From NCBI GenBank assembly GCA_951406725.2, contig OX597816.1:173972001-174036000 (forward strand): 64,000 nt of DNA. Reading direction: 5' to 3'. Under the pieces are notes generated by a model, which was not told where the DNA came from, searched no databases, and saw nothing but the letters and a program-made list of their open reading frames with translations. Shown here piece after piece: positions 37,055 through 50,593 of this stretch. The position numbers were made by a program, and so were the translations under genes. The number at the start of each line of letters is the position of its first letter. Position 1 is the stretch's first letter. The stretch comes from Octopus vulgaris. Taxonomy: Eukaryota.

Positions 37055-38610
37055 CAGCAAGACCACCCTCCGCTTTGTGCACCTTCAGCTTGGTGACCAG
37101 CCAGATGCCTCTCCCTTTCCACACTGATTACCGTAGCTGCTCAAATGCTGAGCTTCTCTTTGCAATACTCTTTACTCTCTTTTACTTGTTTCAGTCATTT
37201 GACTGCAGCCATGCTGGAGCACCGCCTTTAGTCGAGCAAATCGACCCTGGGACTTATTCTTTGTAAGCCCGGTACTTATTCTATCGGTCTCTTTTGCCAA
37301 ACCGCTAAGTAACGGGGACATAAACACACCAGCATCGGTTGTCAAGCAATGCTAGGGGGACAAACACAGACACACAAACATACACACACACATATATATA
37401 TACATACATATATACGACGGGCTTCTTTCAGTTTCCGTCTACCAAATCCACTCACAAGGCATTGGTCGGCCCGGGCCTATAGCAGAAGACACTTGCCCAA
37501 GATACCACGCAGTGGGACTGAACCCGGAACCATGTGGTTGGTTAGCAAGCTACTTACCACACAGCCACTCCTGCGCCTATGCATATGTTGGCTTCCTTTT
37601 CAATGTTCAGAGATCTGGAGAGTGTGATGTTGAGGCACATGAACAAATCAGCAATCTTCAAAGATTCCCCTTTGACAGAGATAGCTGGTTCCACTTACGG
37701 TTTCTGCGGGGCAAGTCAGTGTATGACCTCCATCTTCTGAGTACTGATTGTGAGGCCAAAGTTGTTGCAGCAAGTGGAAAAGCAATTCATGCTCTGCTGC
37801 ATCTGGGCCTCTGTGGCAGCATTGAGTGCACAACCATCTGTGAACAGGAAGTCATGCACTGAGTTCTCTTCCACCTTGGTCTTGGCCTGTAACCTCCGCA
37901 GGTTGCAGAGTATGCCATCAGTCCTGAATCTGATCTTGATGCTGGTCTCATCACCATTGCAGAAAGCATCCAACAGCATGGCTAAAAATATTGAAAAGGT
38001 GAGCAGAGCACTTCAACAACATCCTGAACAGGTGTTCCTCTACCAATGCAGAGGCCATTGCTTGCATGCTCCAAGTTGACATCAATACATCTTTGGCAGA
38101 GCCTTCAATGGAAGCAGAGGTCCAGAAAGCAATTAAGCTTCTCTCAAATGGCAAGGCACCAGGCTCTGACACCATCCCAGCTGAAATATACAGGGCAAGA
38201 GGACCAGTCTTGGCACAGAAGCTCACTAATCTCTTTCAGGAGCTCAAAGATGCATCAATTTTCCACCTCCACAAGAGAAAAGGAAACAAGCAATTCTGTG
38301 ACAACCACCAAAGCATTTCTCTCTTTGAGTCCTCCTTAATCACCTCACTCAGAACATGGAAGATTGGCATCTGGCAGAGAGTCAGTGTGGTTTCAGAGAG
38401 GGCCATAGGACAGTTGACATGATCTTTGCCACACACTAACTTCAGGAGAAGTGCCAGGAACAGAACTAAGGCCTTTGACACCATTGGTCATGAGGGGCTT
38501 TGGAAGACCATAGGAAAGTTCAGCTGCCTGGACAACTTCATCAGCATGGTGTGACAGTTCAATGACAGCATGTTCACTTGGGTACTGGAAAATGGAGATT
38601 CTTCCAACTA
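37055..38610. mobile_element. BovB-like RTE LINE RT remnant with internal inversion, interrupted by SINE A
   Basis: Minus: LFNIF...RFRTDGILCNLRRLQAKTKV...FGLTISTQK, continuing left of the SINE as IAK.SSAF...TKLKV.KA; plus: KAPGSDTIPAEIY...KAFDTI...VLENGDSS. Confidence 0.8.
37167..37577 (-). mobile_element. SINE family A
   Basis: Full-length reverse copy nested in the BovB-like remnant. Confidence 0.9.
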
Positions 38611-39021
38611 GACAGAGTACAACATGCAGAAATGACAGAAAAGATTGGAAAAGAATTCTAGAGAGATATTAGATGAATATCTAAAATAGAGCTAAATGCA
38701 AAAGTAAATTTTAAAATTATAGTAAAATAAGGTAATAAGTATCAATACTGTCCCAGTAATAAGTTACAGTAATAATATGCGTAACTGAATTCTTAGAATC
38801 AAGTCTAGATTAAGTAAACAAGAAAACCAACGAATGCATTCAGAACACATCACCCAAAATTCTACATAGAATGAATGTATTAACCATGTATATATGAATA
38901 AAACAAAAGATTGTTTTCTGTCTTCAAGAAGTTAACATATATAAAGGCAGACTAATGTAAGAATAGTGGCAAGAAAGGAGAAACAAAACTGCAACTAAAA
39001 ATAAAATAAAATAAAATAATA

Positions 39022-39423
39022 GGCGCAGGAGTGGCTGTGTGGTAAGTAGCTTGTTTGCCGGCCACATGGTTCCGGGTTCAGTCCCACTGCGTGGCACCTT
39101 GGGCAAGTGTCTTCTGCTATAGCCCCGGGCCGACCAATGCCTTGTGAGTGGATTTGGTTGACGGAAACTGAAAGAAGCCCGTCGTATATATGTATGTGTG
39201 TGTGTTTGTGTGTCTGTGTTTGTCCCCCTAGCATTGCTTGACAACCGATGTTGGTGTGTTTACGTCCCCGACACTTAGCGGTTCGGCAAAAAGAGACCGA
39301 TAGAATAAGTACTGGGCTTACAAAGAATAAGTCCTGGGGTCGATTTGCTCGACTAAAGGCGGTGCTCCAGCATGGCCGCAGTCAAATGACTGAAATAAGT
39401 AAAAGAGTAAAAGAGTAAGAGTA
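39022..39423 (+). mobile_element. SINE family A
   Basis: Full-length forward copy. Confidence 0.9.
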
Positions 39424-39781
39424 ATAAAAGTTGAAGTAAAACTGGATTACAGAATGTCCCTGAAAATAGCTTACGAGACCAATACCAGGTAGATAACAAA
39501 AAAAAAAAAAACCCCTCAGCACTGACTGAGATGCCCAGGACTCAACACAGACTAAATTATTTTTGATTGCATCACAAAGTACCAAATACGTACAATGTAG
39601 CAGAATACAAAATGTACTATGTGAATAAACAATCAGTCATATTGTTTTTGGCAGACCAAACTTGGGGGAGGGGGGGAGTGTTCATTTTTTCCTTGTGTAT
39701 GTATGTACAGGCAGGACAAAGCAGGAGCTAGAAATTACGCCAGCATTAAGAAATACTCACAAAAACAAGATGGTATAGACA

Positions 39782-40174
39782 TCTTTATATATAAAAGTGA
39801 GGTTGTGTGCTGTCTGTCTCCTACGATTTAGATTCCTAACTACTCCCACATTTTGCGGTGCAGTTTAACCAAAACCGGGTATCTTATAGTCGTGATTCAT
39901 ATCGAGCCCTTCTGGGTATTAGTGCGCGTCTACGATGAGTCTACGATTTTAAAAAAGATTTACCATCAATTTTTCCCATTTTAATGCATTTTTTTTTGCT
40001 ATTATATAAGGGAAGTCAACGATTTACAATGAGTCAACGATTTAAAAAAAAATTTACCAAATTTTTTTTCCATTTTTAATGCATTTTTTTGCTATTTTTT
40101 GGCTATAACTCTCTAAAAATGCTTATATAGTTATTTCCCTTACAAACCCGAGCAACGCTGGGTGATACTGCTAG
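39782..40174 (+). mobile_element. Non-autonomous Helitron
   Basis: A|TC...CTAG|T. Confidence 0.85.
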
Positions 40175-40977
40175 TATACAGATAAGGCCTCTCAAAATGA
40201 CAGTGACCATACTCTGGAACAATGCATAATAAGAGTGGTTTAGGCAAAAGTATTCTACTTTATAACTCAGTTCCAGCAGATGACAAGAAATAGAGAACCT
40301 ATAAAGTACTGGAAATAAAGAAATCAAAATGAGGGCTGACAACCTAAACAATCCTTATAATATTAGGTGCCTTGGAAAAGCGATAGACATCCCCAACTTT
40401 CCAAACCTTAGGATTTCAATATATATACAACATACAGACCACAGCAAAGCAAGGTATTGCCTGCATGTTACAAAACCACAGTCCCTACCATTAAGGCAAG
40501 TGCCTTCTCTTTGCTGTCCTCTTTCAATCTATAGGTGCATTTTCAGAGTAGGCCCATTTTTACAGATCATGCTCGCCACTCTCGTACACCTTTTAACAAA
40601 TTTGCTAGGCTGGGGGCATAGCACTTCATTCTCTCCTTTCCTTTTCAAGTGAAATTCAGAAAAGTTAATAAGGGTTTGGTCAACCTAGCCCACCATACAA
40701 CCTCTTTCATTAAGGCTCCCAGGCAGATAGACATTGCCTTTCCTGACCAAAGGAAGATAGTGGGACAGTCTTCACTGTGGACTCAGCTGGATCCATCCTA
40801 CACATTACAGCAGGTGTTCAACATAAACCCACAAGTCAACAATGTACAGGCACTGGGCAAGTATGTGCAGAACAGTTTTGTCACTCTGCATACATCTCAA
40901 GGAAACCTGATTGGCAGTGCTTCTATTTCTGTAGAGTATTTATATATTTTTTTAATATTTAATATAAGCGATATATT

Positions 40978-41374
40978 ACTCTTTTACTTGTTTCAGTCAT
41001 TTGACTGTGGCCATGCTGGAGCACCGCCTTTAGTCGAGCAAATCGACCACAGGACTTATTCTTTGTAAGCCCAGTACTTACTCTATCAGTCTCTTTTGCC
41101 GAACCGCTAAGTGACGGGGACGTAAACACACCAGCATCGGTTGTCAAGCAATGCTAGGGGGACGAACACAGACACGCAAACACACACACATACATATATA
41201 TATATACATATATATGACAGGCTTCTTTCAGTTTCCATCTACCAAATCCACTCACAAGGCATTGGTCGGCCCGGGGCTATAGCAGAAGACATTTGCCCAA
41301 GATGCCACGCAGTGGGACTGAACCCGGAACCATGTGGCTGGTTAGCAAGCTACTTACCACACAGCCACTCCTGC
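40978..41374 (-). mobile_element. SINE family A
   Basis: Reverse copy. Confidence 0.9.
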
Positions 41375-42184
41375 AACCAGCAATACACCTTGGTAGCACA
41401 GCCAGGTCAAGGAATTTTTAATATTATTCATGAGTCCTAATCTAAAAATCACCTGGAACAGACCAGCTTGTTGATTTTTGTCAATGGCCAGATTTCCCCA
41501 GGAATGCTGTTGCTCTTGTCTGCTGCTACCCCCTATAGAATGCCATGGTGAAAATTCCATCAACTGCACTACCCAACTGGCAAAGGTCCATGTGTGCTTG
41601 GTTATATTCCAGATACCAAGTGTCCTGCTTCACTCTATGCTTGACCCAAGACTGCAACTCTGTCAAAGAGATGAGCAATGGAAATGCAGGTCTAACAAAC
41701 AGTGACCATATCTGTTCACTGTCAAGGAATTGCAAGAGAGGTCATAGGCTCACTGCATGTGTGTGCATCATCAGCCAATGCATGCCCATTGATTCAGCCA
41801 GTACTGACAGCAAAAGGAGCATCTTCCACAGTAAATGGAAGAGTAGGCACCCCAGATCAGTTAATCACAACTGTGATTTTGTGGGATTTCTACAGGTAGC
41901 CCTTGGAAGTCTCCCTCTTTTGGGGAAATGTTCATTGTTAATATTTTATTATTTCTGATTTTTTTTTTACTGTTTACACATTCTTTCATGTAATCTCACA
42001 ATGTATCATTCTGTAACATTCTCAATCTTCATATAAACCCTTCGTGGTTAATAAAGAAACAATTAATATTATCAAGGCAACAAACTGGTAGAATTGTTAG
42101 CACGCTAAATTCCTTAGCAGTATTTCTTTTCAACTCATTACATTCTAAGTTCAAATTCTACTGAGGTTGACTAGACCCCTTCCC

Positions 42185-44130
42185 CAATAGGAGAGATCTA
42201 CTCAATGATGGTCAGACATAATATATGATAGAGGCCATGTAAGTGTTCATCACCTCTGCCTGATCTTTCAGGGATAGCTTTCCTTTGATCCATTTCTGGG
42301 TGAGATTAACCATCCTGCTTATCACTTTGTCCCAGTTTTCCTCCACTTGGAGATCTGGGCTAAAGCAGATCCCAGAGCAATTTAAATGGTTCATCTGCCC
42401 TATAACACTGTTGGACAGCATGGACCTGTCTCTCTAAGTGCCAAGCTGCAGGCCCACTGACTTTTCTTGACAGATTATTGCTCCTGTCATCACCTTGTAG
42501 TTCCTTAGAGCAGTGCCAATTGCCTCAATATGCTTGGTATCTATCACCATCATAGTGACATTGTATGCATATGTTAACATAATTCTTCCACATCCTAGTT
42601 GACAGGGGGTGCCCAACATCTCTAGTCTCCACAGTAGTGGCTCAAGAGACAGTATATACAGAAAAGAGGAGAAAATGGAGTGAACACACGAGCTGAATGG
42701 TAGCGAGAGGTAACCACTTACTCTAACTGAGTAGATGTACATTGCAGCAACCCAAGTGTGAAACATGGGGCCAAAACTGGCTACCATAAGGACAGCTGTT
42801 AAGCACTGGAGGTCAACTCTATCAAAAGCTTTTGATTGATCTAAGTGGATCACAGATCCACTTATGCCAGGTTCCTTATCTATCCATTCTATCACATGGT
42901 GGAGGCTGTTGTGGATAGACCTGTTTGGGATGGCACGTGTTTGTACATCAATATGATCATTGATGGCAAGCATCAACCTCAGTCAAAATTTTGAAATCTG
43001 CATGGAGCAGAGTTTTCAGCCTAAAATTTTCTGTGATCCCCCATTTTTTGGGTTCCTTCTCAAAAGTGTTACTGCTCCTTGACTCATAGAACTAGTGATT
43101 CTCTCATTCAGCTGCCAGTTGCAGTAAATGTTTGCTAAGAGGTCTCCAAACAAGTCTAGTATGTAAAAGTAAAGCTTGTCAGGCAGATCATTGAAACCAT
43201 CCGTTACTTCCTGTATTTCTAGAGCTGTTAGCTTTTCACAACAACTCTGCTTCTCTTAGTGAGAGGCATGGTAGGCTATCAAGGTAGGCACTGAAGCCCA
43301 TTCTGTGACCTAGCCTGCCACCTGTCCCAAACAGTCTAACAAAGCACCACAGAAAAATTGCACACATCTGGTCAGGTTTGAGTAACACCCACCCATCAAA
43401 GTCTGTGCAAAACCAAATTGGGCCTTTGTTTCCACATTATACCTCTGCCACTCAAGCCTATCAGACAGCTTTTTGTCCCCTTGTATCTTAGAGGTTACAC
43501 CTTAGCTCTGACAAGGCATCCTTTGAGCTTTGCATTGAAGAATTCAAGGGCTAATCTTGCTGCAAGCATGTCAGTTGCAATGCCTTGCCTAAATCCGCTG
43601 CTTAGTTTCTGACTAGTCTCCTTCTAATTTCGTTTTCTCTGTCACTATTTCCTTATTAAATCTTATCAATTCTCTTTTATCAAGGCAAACCACCATTGGT
43701 TGTTGATAACTGCCCTCATCAACACCCACTTTACTTATTCATTGATCTAGACTTTGTAAGTTTGGTGTGCCAGGAGCAATGTGTTCAGCTTCCCAAAACC
43801 AAATAGCTGACAATTTTAAATTGTAGCCATTCTATGTTGTTCTTATCTATAGGTCTACTCTAGGTACAATCTGGATGAGCTGATACACTTTATCCACTTC
43901 CACATCAGCACATTTAGGAAATCCAGACATTTGGAAATGTCTGAATAGGTTTATGTGGCTTTTGTATCCCACCTCTTCTATTGGTTATCCCCGCACAGTT
44001 CAGGCATGCATCCAAGGTGCTGTTCCAATTTCCCACAAGGAGTGAAACATTCCCAGGAAACGCTCCAGACACCTAAAGAAATCTGATCATCTGGCTCCTG
44101 TTGCACCATAGATGGCCACTAATCAACTTC
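42185..44130 (-). mobile_element. Decayed Tx1/L1-like LINE (RT, with probable APE upstream)
   Basis: QT.AIPNRSIHNSLH, IHLDQSKAFDRVD, LYILSLEPLL, LTYAYNV (YADD-like), W.K.KLSLK.QA; heavily disrupted. Confidence 0.65.
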
Positions 44131-44147
44131 AGTACTTTGTTTAGAGT

Positions 44148-44366
44148 CAGTGCTTTTCAACATTTTTGCTGGAGCGGAACCCCAAGGAAACATTCCACTG
44201 GCTTGAGGAACCCCTTTGCAATAATTTAATAGTCTTATGCACACATATCTGCACAGGAGAATTAAAAATGACTGCCGATTTTAGCAGTTTTGTAACTTCT
44301 TGCGGAACCCCTGGACTGTACTGGCGGAACCCTAAGGTTCTGCGGAAACCTGGTTGAAAACCACTG
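44148..44366. mobile_element. hAT (Charlie-like) MITE
   Basis: TIRs CAGTGCTTTTCAAC / GTTGAAAACCACTG; repeated CGGAACCC sub-terminal motifs; imperfect TSD GTTTAG(A)GT. Confidence 0.75.
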
Positions 44367-44849
44367 GTTTAGGTACTAAGAATCTGTCTTTCCTCTTTTC
44401 TGCTTCATCTGTTTCAACAGTGGAGTCTGGTGGGGGGGGGGTATGTTTGACTTAATGAGGACGACTTGTGTTTGTTTCTTCAGTTACATTGGTTTTTTTG
44501 GGGTTTTTTTTTGCTCCTATTTTTACTAACACACATATACAGTACTGTTGTATTTGCTGTTGCTTAAAATATGGATTTATAACATAGACACAAGGTTGGG
44601 AGTTGTGAGTATAGTCTTCTAAGTCAACCTCATCACTTAACTATTATTTTATTGACTCCAGAAGGATGAAGAACAAAGTTGACTCCGGCTGGATTTGAAT
44701 TTGACAGTTATTTGTAATAATTATTCCTGACAATAGAGCTTTTTAAAATCTGTTTGTTACCACCTTTTCTAGTTTTGCTTTTGTTACTACTTCTAACTTG
44801 ATACAAGTGCTATCAGAAGTAACCATGTTTTTTATTAGCTACCAAGATA

Positions 44850-45249
44850 TCTTTATATATAAAAGTCAAGTTGTGTGTCTGCCTCCTACGATTTAGATTC
44901 CTAACTACTCCCACATTTTGCGGTGCAGTTTAACCAAAACCGGGTATCGTATAGTCGTGATTCATATCGAGCCCTTCTGGGTATTAGCGCGCGTCTACGA
45001 TGAGTCTATGATTTAAAAAATAATTTACCATCATTTTTTTCCCATTTTAATGCATTTTTTCGCTATTATATAAGGGAAGTAACTCTCTAAAAATGTCTAC
45101 GATGAGTCAACGATTAAAAAAAAAATTTACCATAATTTTTTTCCCCTTTTTAATGCATTTTTTTGCTATTTTTTTGGCTATAACTCTCTAAAAATGCTTA
45201 TATAGTTATTTCCCTTACAAACCCGAGCAACGCCAGGTGATACTGCTAG
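44850..45249 (+). mobile_element. Non-autonomous Helitron (duplicated internal module)
   Basis: A|TC...CTAG|T. Confidence 0.85.
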
Positions 45250-45808
45250 TTATAGATAAAAATGAACACCTCTAAAGCTACTGTAAGTGTTACACCTCAC
45301 ATCATTGCTGAACTCTGACAGTATTCTCATCTATATAAAATCAGCAAAACAGTATCCTGAAGGCTAGCCTTCCTCCTCGAAGTAAGAAAATACTACAGCT
45401 ATGATCAATTTCTAAACTCTCTACAAAGATGAGTGGAACCTGCATTGGAGTATTGCTCACATAACTGTGACTGTGCTATTGCTACATGCACAAACAACCT
45501 AGAATACATCTAGTAATCACTCACTGATACACAACTACAATCAGTTTCCTGCATGCTGTGAGAATGTTGTTGTTTAATTCAAAGCTATTTAGAAAACCTA
45601 TGATCAAAGGCATTGTTACCATGACCCCGTAACCCATTTTTCTTTTACAGACTTAGTGTATTTCATACAACATTATCCAGAGTCTCCATTTTTAAGGATG
45701 GTAAAGTGTAATCTGGGGAAGATTCGAATGCTATTTTTTAAAAGTTCAAATTAACGGTATGTGCTGAATAAAAGTTAATAGTCAATGACTGATAGCACTT
45801 TCCATTTT

Positions 45809-46046
45809 CATCATCATTGTTCGACCGTGGTCGAGACAATGGAATTTACCATGCTACGCCAGACTTCACGGTCCATCATGGCATTACGGAGGTCCTGTTG
45901 CTGGATGCCTGTATCCCTGGAGATTACATCAGGGTAGGAGAGTGTGCGCCTTCTGGTATTGCGAGTAGATGGCTTCCAGAGGAGAAGAGTAGAAATTACT
46001 TCTTTTTCAGCTCTACAACAATGTCCAGTAAACTGGACTCTCCTAC
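45809..46046 (-). mobile_element. Young 5'-truncated RTE-like LINE 3' end (same family as 13055)
   Basis: Near-identical to 13060-13298; TSD CTTTCCATTTT at 45798-45808 and 46047-46057. Confidence 0.85.
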
Positions 46047-46775
46047 CTTTCCATTTTACCCTGGCAAGTACAAGAGATAAGTCTGGAAATCTTTCAGCTT
46101 ATTCTGCCCTTATCAGTAAAACATAGCCTTCATCATACTTGTTGAAGTAGCAGTGAAAGGATTAACTCTAGCAAGAATTCTGATTTACAACTGGTTTTGT
46201 AACTGCATAAAAGATTTAAATACACTGAATCAAAAGGCAAGACCAGTTTAATGTAACAAGGGCTCAAAGGAAGTAACAACAGTACTTGTAAGTACTGCAA
46301 CACACTGTGCTACACTGCTACCATCACTGTTTCTAGTATGTTGTTATCTCCATCCAGTTACCTCGTCCATCTCTATAATAAAAAATGAGATGATGTAAGG
46401 AAGAACAAAGAAGAGAGCCACTTGTTTGTGAGTGTAGCAGACTGATAAGGTGGATGGACGGATGGTTGGGTAAACAGATAGTTGGGCTGGCAGGCTGGAT
46501 GGTGGAGAGATTGGTAAATGAATGAATTGGTGGGTGGATGGATGGATGGATGGATGGTTCTAATTATCTAATTAGATAACTGACTGGATGTATGAATAAA
46601 TGAATGAATGAAAAATGATAAAGCCTAATGTATAAACATAAAGAACTGTAGTATGATACTTCAGTACAAAAACTACTAAACTGGGTTAGATCAATAAACA
46701 ATGATGGAATTATACTATCAAAGTCACTAATTTAATATATTAACATTGCAACACTGACATAGTAGAAGATGCATG

Positions 46776-46806
<31 letters not shown>

Positions 46807-46867
46807 TAATGTTCTGTTCCTCCATCTTCTACTATGTCAGTGTTGCAGTATCAGTTCCCCCATCTTC

Positions 46868-46899
<32 letters not shown>

Positions 46900-46903
46900 A
46901 TCT

Positions 46904-46957
<54 letters not shown>

Positions 46958-47840
46958 GAGAGAGAGCTGAGTAAGCAAAGCCTAAATGGCAGATCTATGA
47001 TGATTAGAGTTGAGATTTGTGAATCATAAAGAGAAGGGAAATAGTTACAATGGACAATACTCTCTGCTGCATTCTTCATCGATAATACTTCCATAACTCC
47101 TATTAAAGAATAGTACAGATGGTCAAGACAGCAGAACACAGAATTGAATGCATTATTGTAATTAGTTTCATCATACCAGCCCTTGCTTCTGAGATCAAAT
47201 CCCATCAGGATTGAATTTGCATTTTCATCCCCTAATTACTGGATAATTTCATTCTTATTCCTTCATTTATAAAATTGTCTGCGCCCTTCTGAAAGATGCC
47301 AATAAGGATAATAATAATAATAATGATGATGATTTCAAATTTTGGTACAAGGCCAGCAATTTTGGGGAAGGGGGCAAGTTGATTACATCAACTCCAGTAT
47401 TGAACCGGTACTTATTTTATCGACCCTGAAAGGATGAAAGGCAAAGTCGACCTCATGAAGATAGACAAAATGTTGCAAAGCATTTCGACTGGCAAAATTT
47501 GATCCTAACAATATCACACAAGATAAAGAAAATGAAATAAGAGAACTAGACCAAATCCAGACATACAACGAACTAGATATGGTGCAACACACAAATGAAA
47601 AAACAGATCAGGAAGGAATATTACAGATGAATTAGATAACACTTAAAATGCAGTTCAATGTGAAAAATAAGGTAATAAGCATCAATACTTGAGCTGTCCC
47701 AGTAATTAAGTTACAGTAACAATATTCTTAACTGGATGCTAAATGAATTAGTCAAACTAGACAGGAAAACAAGAAAAATACAGAATTTTAATAATATACA
47801 ACACCCAAAATCTGACCTAGAAAGGTTATATATATATATA

Positions 47841-48227
47841 TCATCATCATCATCATCATCATTTAGCGTCCGTTTTCCATGCTAGCATGGGTTGGACGGT
47901 TTAACTGGGGTCTGTGAAGCCGGAAGGCTTCATCAGGCCCAGTCTGATCTGGCAATGTTTCTACGGCTGGATGCCCTTCTTAACGCCAACCACTCCGTGA
48001 GTGTAGTGGGTGCTTTTTACATGCCACCTGCACAGGTGCCAGACAGAGCTGGCAAACGGCCACGAACGGATGGTGTTTTTACGTGACACCGGCACGGGGG
48101 CCAGGCGAGGCTGGCAACGGACACGAACGGATGGTGCTTTTACGTGCTACCGGCATGGGGACCAGGCGAGGCTGGCAACGGACACAAGCGGATGGTGCTT
48201 TTACGTGCCAACGGCACGGGGGCCAGT
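47841..48227 (-). mobile_element. RTE-type 3' end/UTR containing a 61-bp tandem repeat
   Basis: (ATC)n tail; about 3.5 units of ACGGACACGAACGGATGGTGCTTTTACGTG...GGCGAGGCTGGCA. Confidence 0.7.
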
Positions 48228-48249
48228 GGAAGAAGCCTTATACTATAAA

Positions 48250-49458
48250 ATATCCTGGCCAAGAAGAAATATATCTACAGATGTGACAGAGTTGGAACTT
48301 ATATACATTGAAAGTTGTGCCAGCACTATAGAATGATAACAGGAAAAAGATTGTATAGGCTTACCCCTGTAAAGGTCTCAGAAAATAACAAAGCAACTGT
48401 ACTCTGGGATATGACAGTATAAAATATCTGAGAACCAAGGAAAACTGATACAAATAGCCACAAAGCATGAACAAAACAACAAAAAAACTGTTTTCTGTTT
48501 TCAAAGAAGCTGAAAAATACAAGGAAGAGGTCATAATACCTGACAACTATGAAGAAAAAGAAGAAACATCAAAAGCTGTAAAGCAACTAAAATCTAAGCT
48601 GAAACTGACACTACCAAATATAAGAAAATGATGGCAAGAAAAGCTCTTGCATGACAAATACTAGGATAAGCTAAACAGAAAGGAAACAGACAAAATAAAA
48701 TCTCAACATTGATTGAGAAGTTCAGGTCTCAAAGCAGAAACCAAAGGAGTTTTAATTGCAGCACAAGATCAAAGCCTCCCCTCTAGAAATCATCAAAAAC
48801 ACATAATGAAGAAAAATACGATAACTGCAGAATATGTGGTGATGGGGCAGAAACAATAAATCATATTGTCTCATCCTGGCCAAGAAGAAATATATCTTCA
48901 GATGTGATAGAGTTGGAACTTATATACATTGAAAGTTGTGCCAGCACTACAGAATGATAACAGGAAAAAGATGGTATGGGCTTACCCCTGAAAAGGTCTC
49001 AGAAAATAACAAAGCAACTGTACTCTGGGATATGACAGTACACGTAGATAGAAAGAGCAAGGTTAACATGCCAGATATTGTCATCAGGGACTCCAAGAAA
49101 AAAATGCTTTCTAATTAATATAACAGTCCCAACAGGTAACAATGTATCTCTAAAAGAAATTAAGAACCTCTGAAAATACAAAGATCTGAAAATAGAGATA
49201 ACCAGAAATAATCCTTAAAATAATAGACGCATTAGACATGATTAAAAAACATAGTCAAATACATAACCAAAACACCAGGACTTATGAATATATATATATA
49301 AATAACAGAAAATAGCATTGCTAAGCCCTGCACATATCCTATGTAAAGCACTTTCAATACAGTAAGAATAACACTAAAACAAACCACAGCAAATAAGCAG
49401 GGCACACAGTGAAAGCAAGTAATAAAAATATAACCACTGAATAATAATAAATAATAAT
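48250..49458 (+). mobile_element. Dong/R4-clade LINE C-terminal remnant (zinc knuckle + restriction-like endonuclease)
   Basis: GLKAETKGVLIAAQDQSL, CRICG...ETINHIVS, VLWDM...PDIVIRD; (AAT)n tail. Confidence 0.75.
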
Positions 49459-49573
49459 ACTTTCTTTGTTGGCCTCATGGGTCGCAAAAATATTTAGGAC
49501 AATACAAAGACAGTGGGGATTTACATAAACCTGTTAAATAATAAAAAGCAATAACAATTAACAAGAGAATTAT

Positions 49574-49730
49574 AGGCGTGGCTGTGTGGTAAGTAGCTAG
49601 CTAACCAACCACATGGTTCTGGGTTCAGTCCCACTGCGTGGCATCTTGGGCAAGTGTCTTCTGCTATAGCCCTGGGCCGACCAATGCCTTGTGAGTGGAT
49701 TTGGTAGACAGAAACTGAAAGAAGCCTGCC

Positions 49731-49804
<74 letters not shown>

Positions 49805-50012
49805 TTGTCCCCCCAACATCGCTTGACAACCGATGCTGGTGTGTTTACGTCCCCGTCACTTAGCGGTTCGGCAAAAGAGACCGATAGAATAAGTACTGGG
49901 CTTACAAAGAATAAGTCCCGGGGTCGATTTGCTCGACTAAAGGCGGTGCTCCAGCATGGCCGCAGTCAAATGACTGAAACAAGTAAAAGAGTAATAAAGA
50001 GAGTAAAGAGAG
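49574..50012 (+). mobile_element. SINE family A
   Basis: Forward copy with an expanded (TA)n(TG)n core. Confidence 0.9.
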
Positions 50013-50059
50013 AGATACAATTATCAGGTAGAAAGAATACTTGAATCAGAAACATGCAA

Positions 50060-50520
50060 GATTTGGGAAAAGAAGGAACATAACAAGGCCAGATATTACA
50101 ATAATAGTCAAAGAAAACTGAATCTGCTTACTGATTGATCCATCATGTTCATTTGATAGGATTGTGAAGAAAGCAGATGAACAGTTGAAAAATACAGCCC
50201 ATTAAAAATTTGAGATTGCAAGGATTTGGAACATGAAATCTGTAAAAATTGTAACCTATAATGATTGGTGCATTAAGAACTATGAGTGATGAAATAGAAA
50301 AATTGATAACGGAGTCTTGAATGGAATGTCCTGTGGAGCTTCTACAGAAGGTTTGTCTCTGAAAAACAGGAAAGGTCATCAGAAAGGTCTTGAGTACTTG
50401 ATGGCTTGTTGAAATCATGCAGATATCTAACGTCAACAGGAGTAAACCCCTAACTACATAAATTCTACCAGAAATAAGACCAATCCTGAGTCAATATTAT
50501 AATTATAATAATAATAATAA
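50060..50520 (+). mobile_element. Dong/R4-clade LINE extreme 3' remnant
   Basis: PDI.I...EKYSPLK.EIAR.W...IGAL.T...LLQKV.L...KVIRKVL*; (AAT)n tail. Confidence 0.6.
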
Positions 50521-50561
50521 TGATGATGATGATGATGATGGTGGTGGTGATGATGGTGGTG

Positions 50562-50593
<32 letters not shown>

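Noticed and set aside
40330-41930. Possible further Tx1-like LINE 3' remnants on the minus strand
   Set aside because: Too decayed to support with clear motifs by eye.
48009-48227. CRISPR-like repeat array
   Set aside because: Whole 61-bp units are repeated without unique spacers; eukaryotic LINE context.
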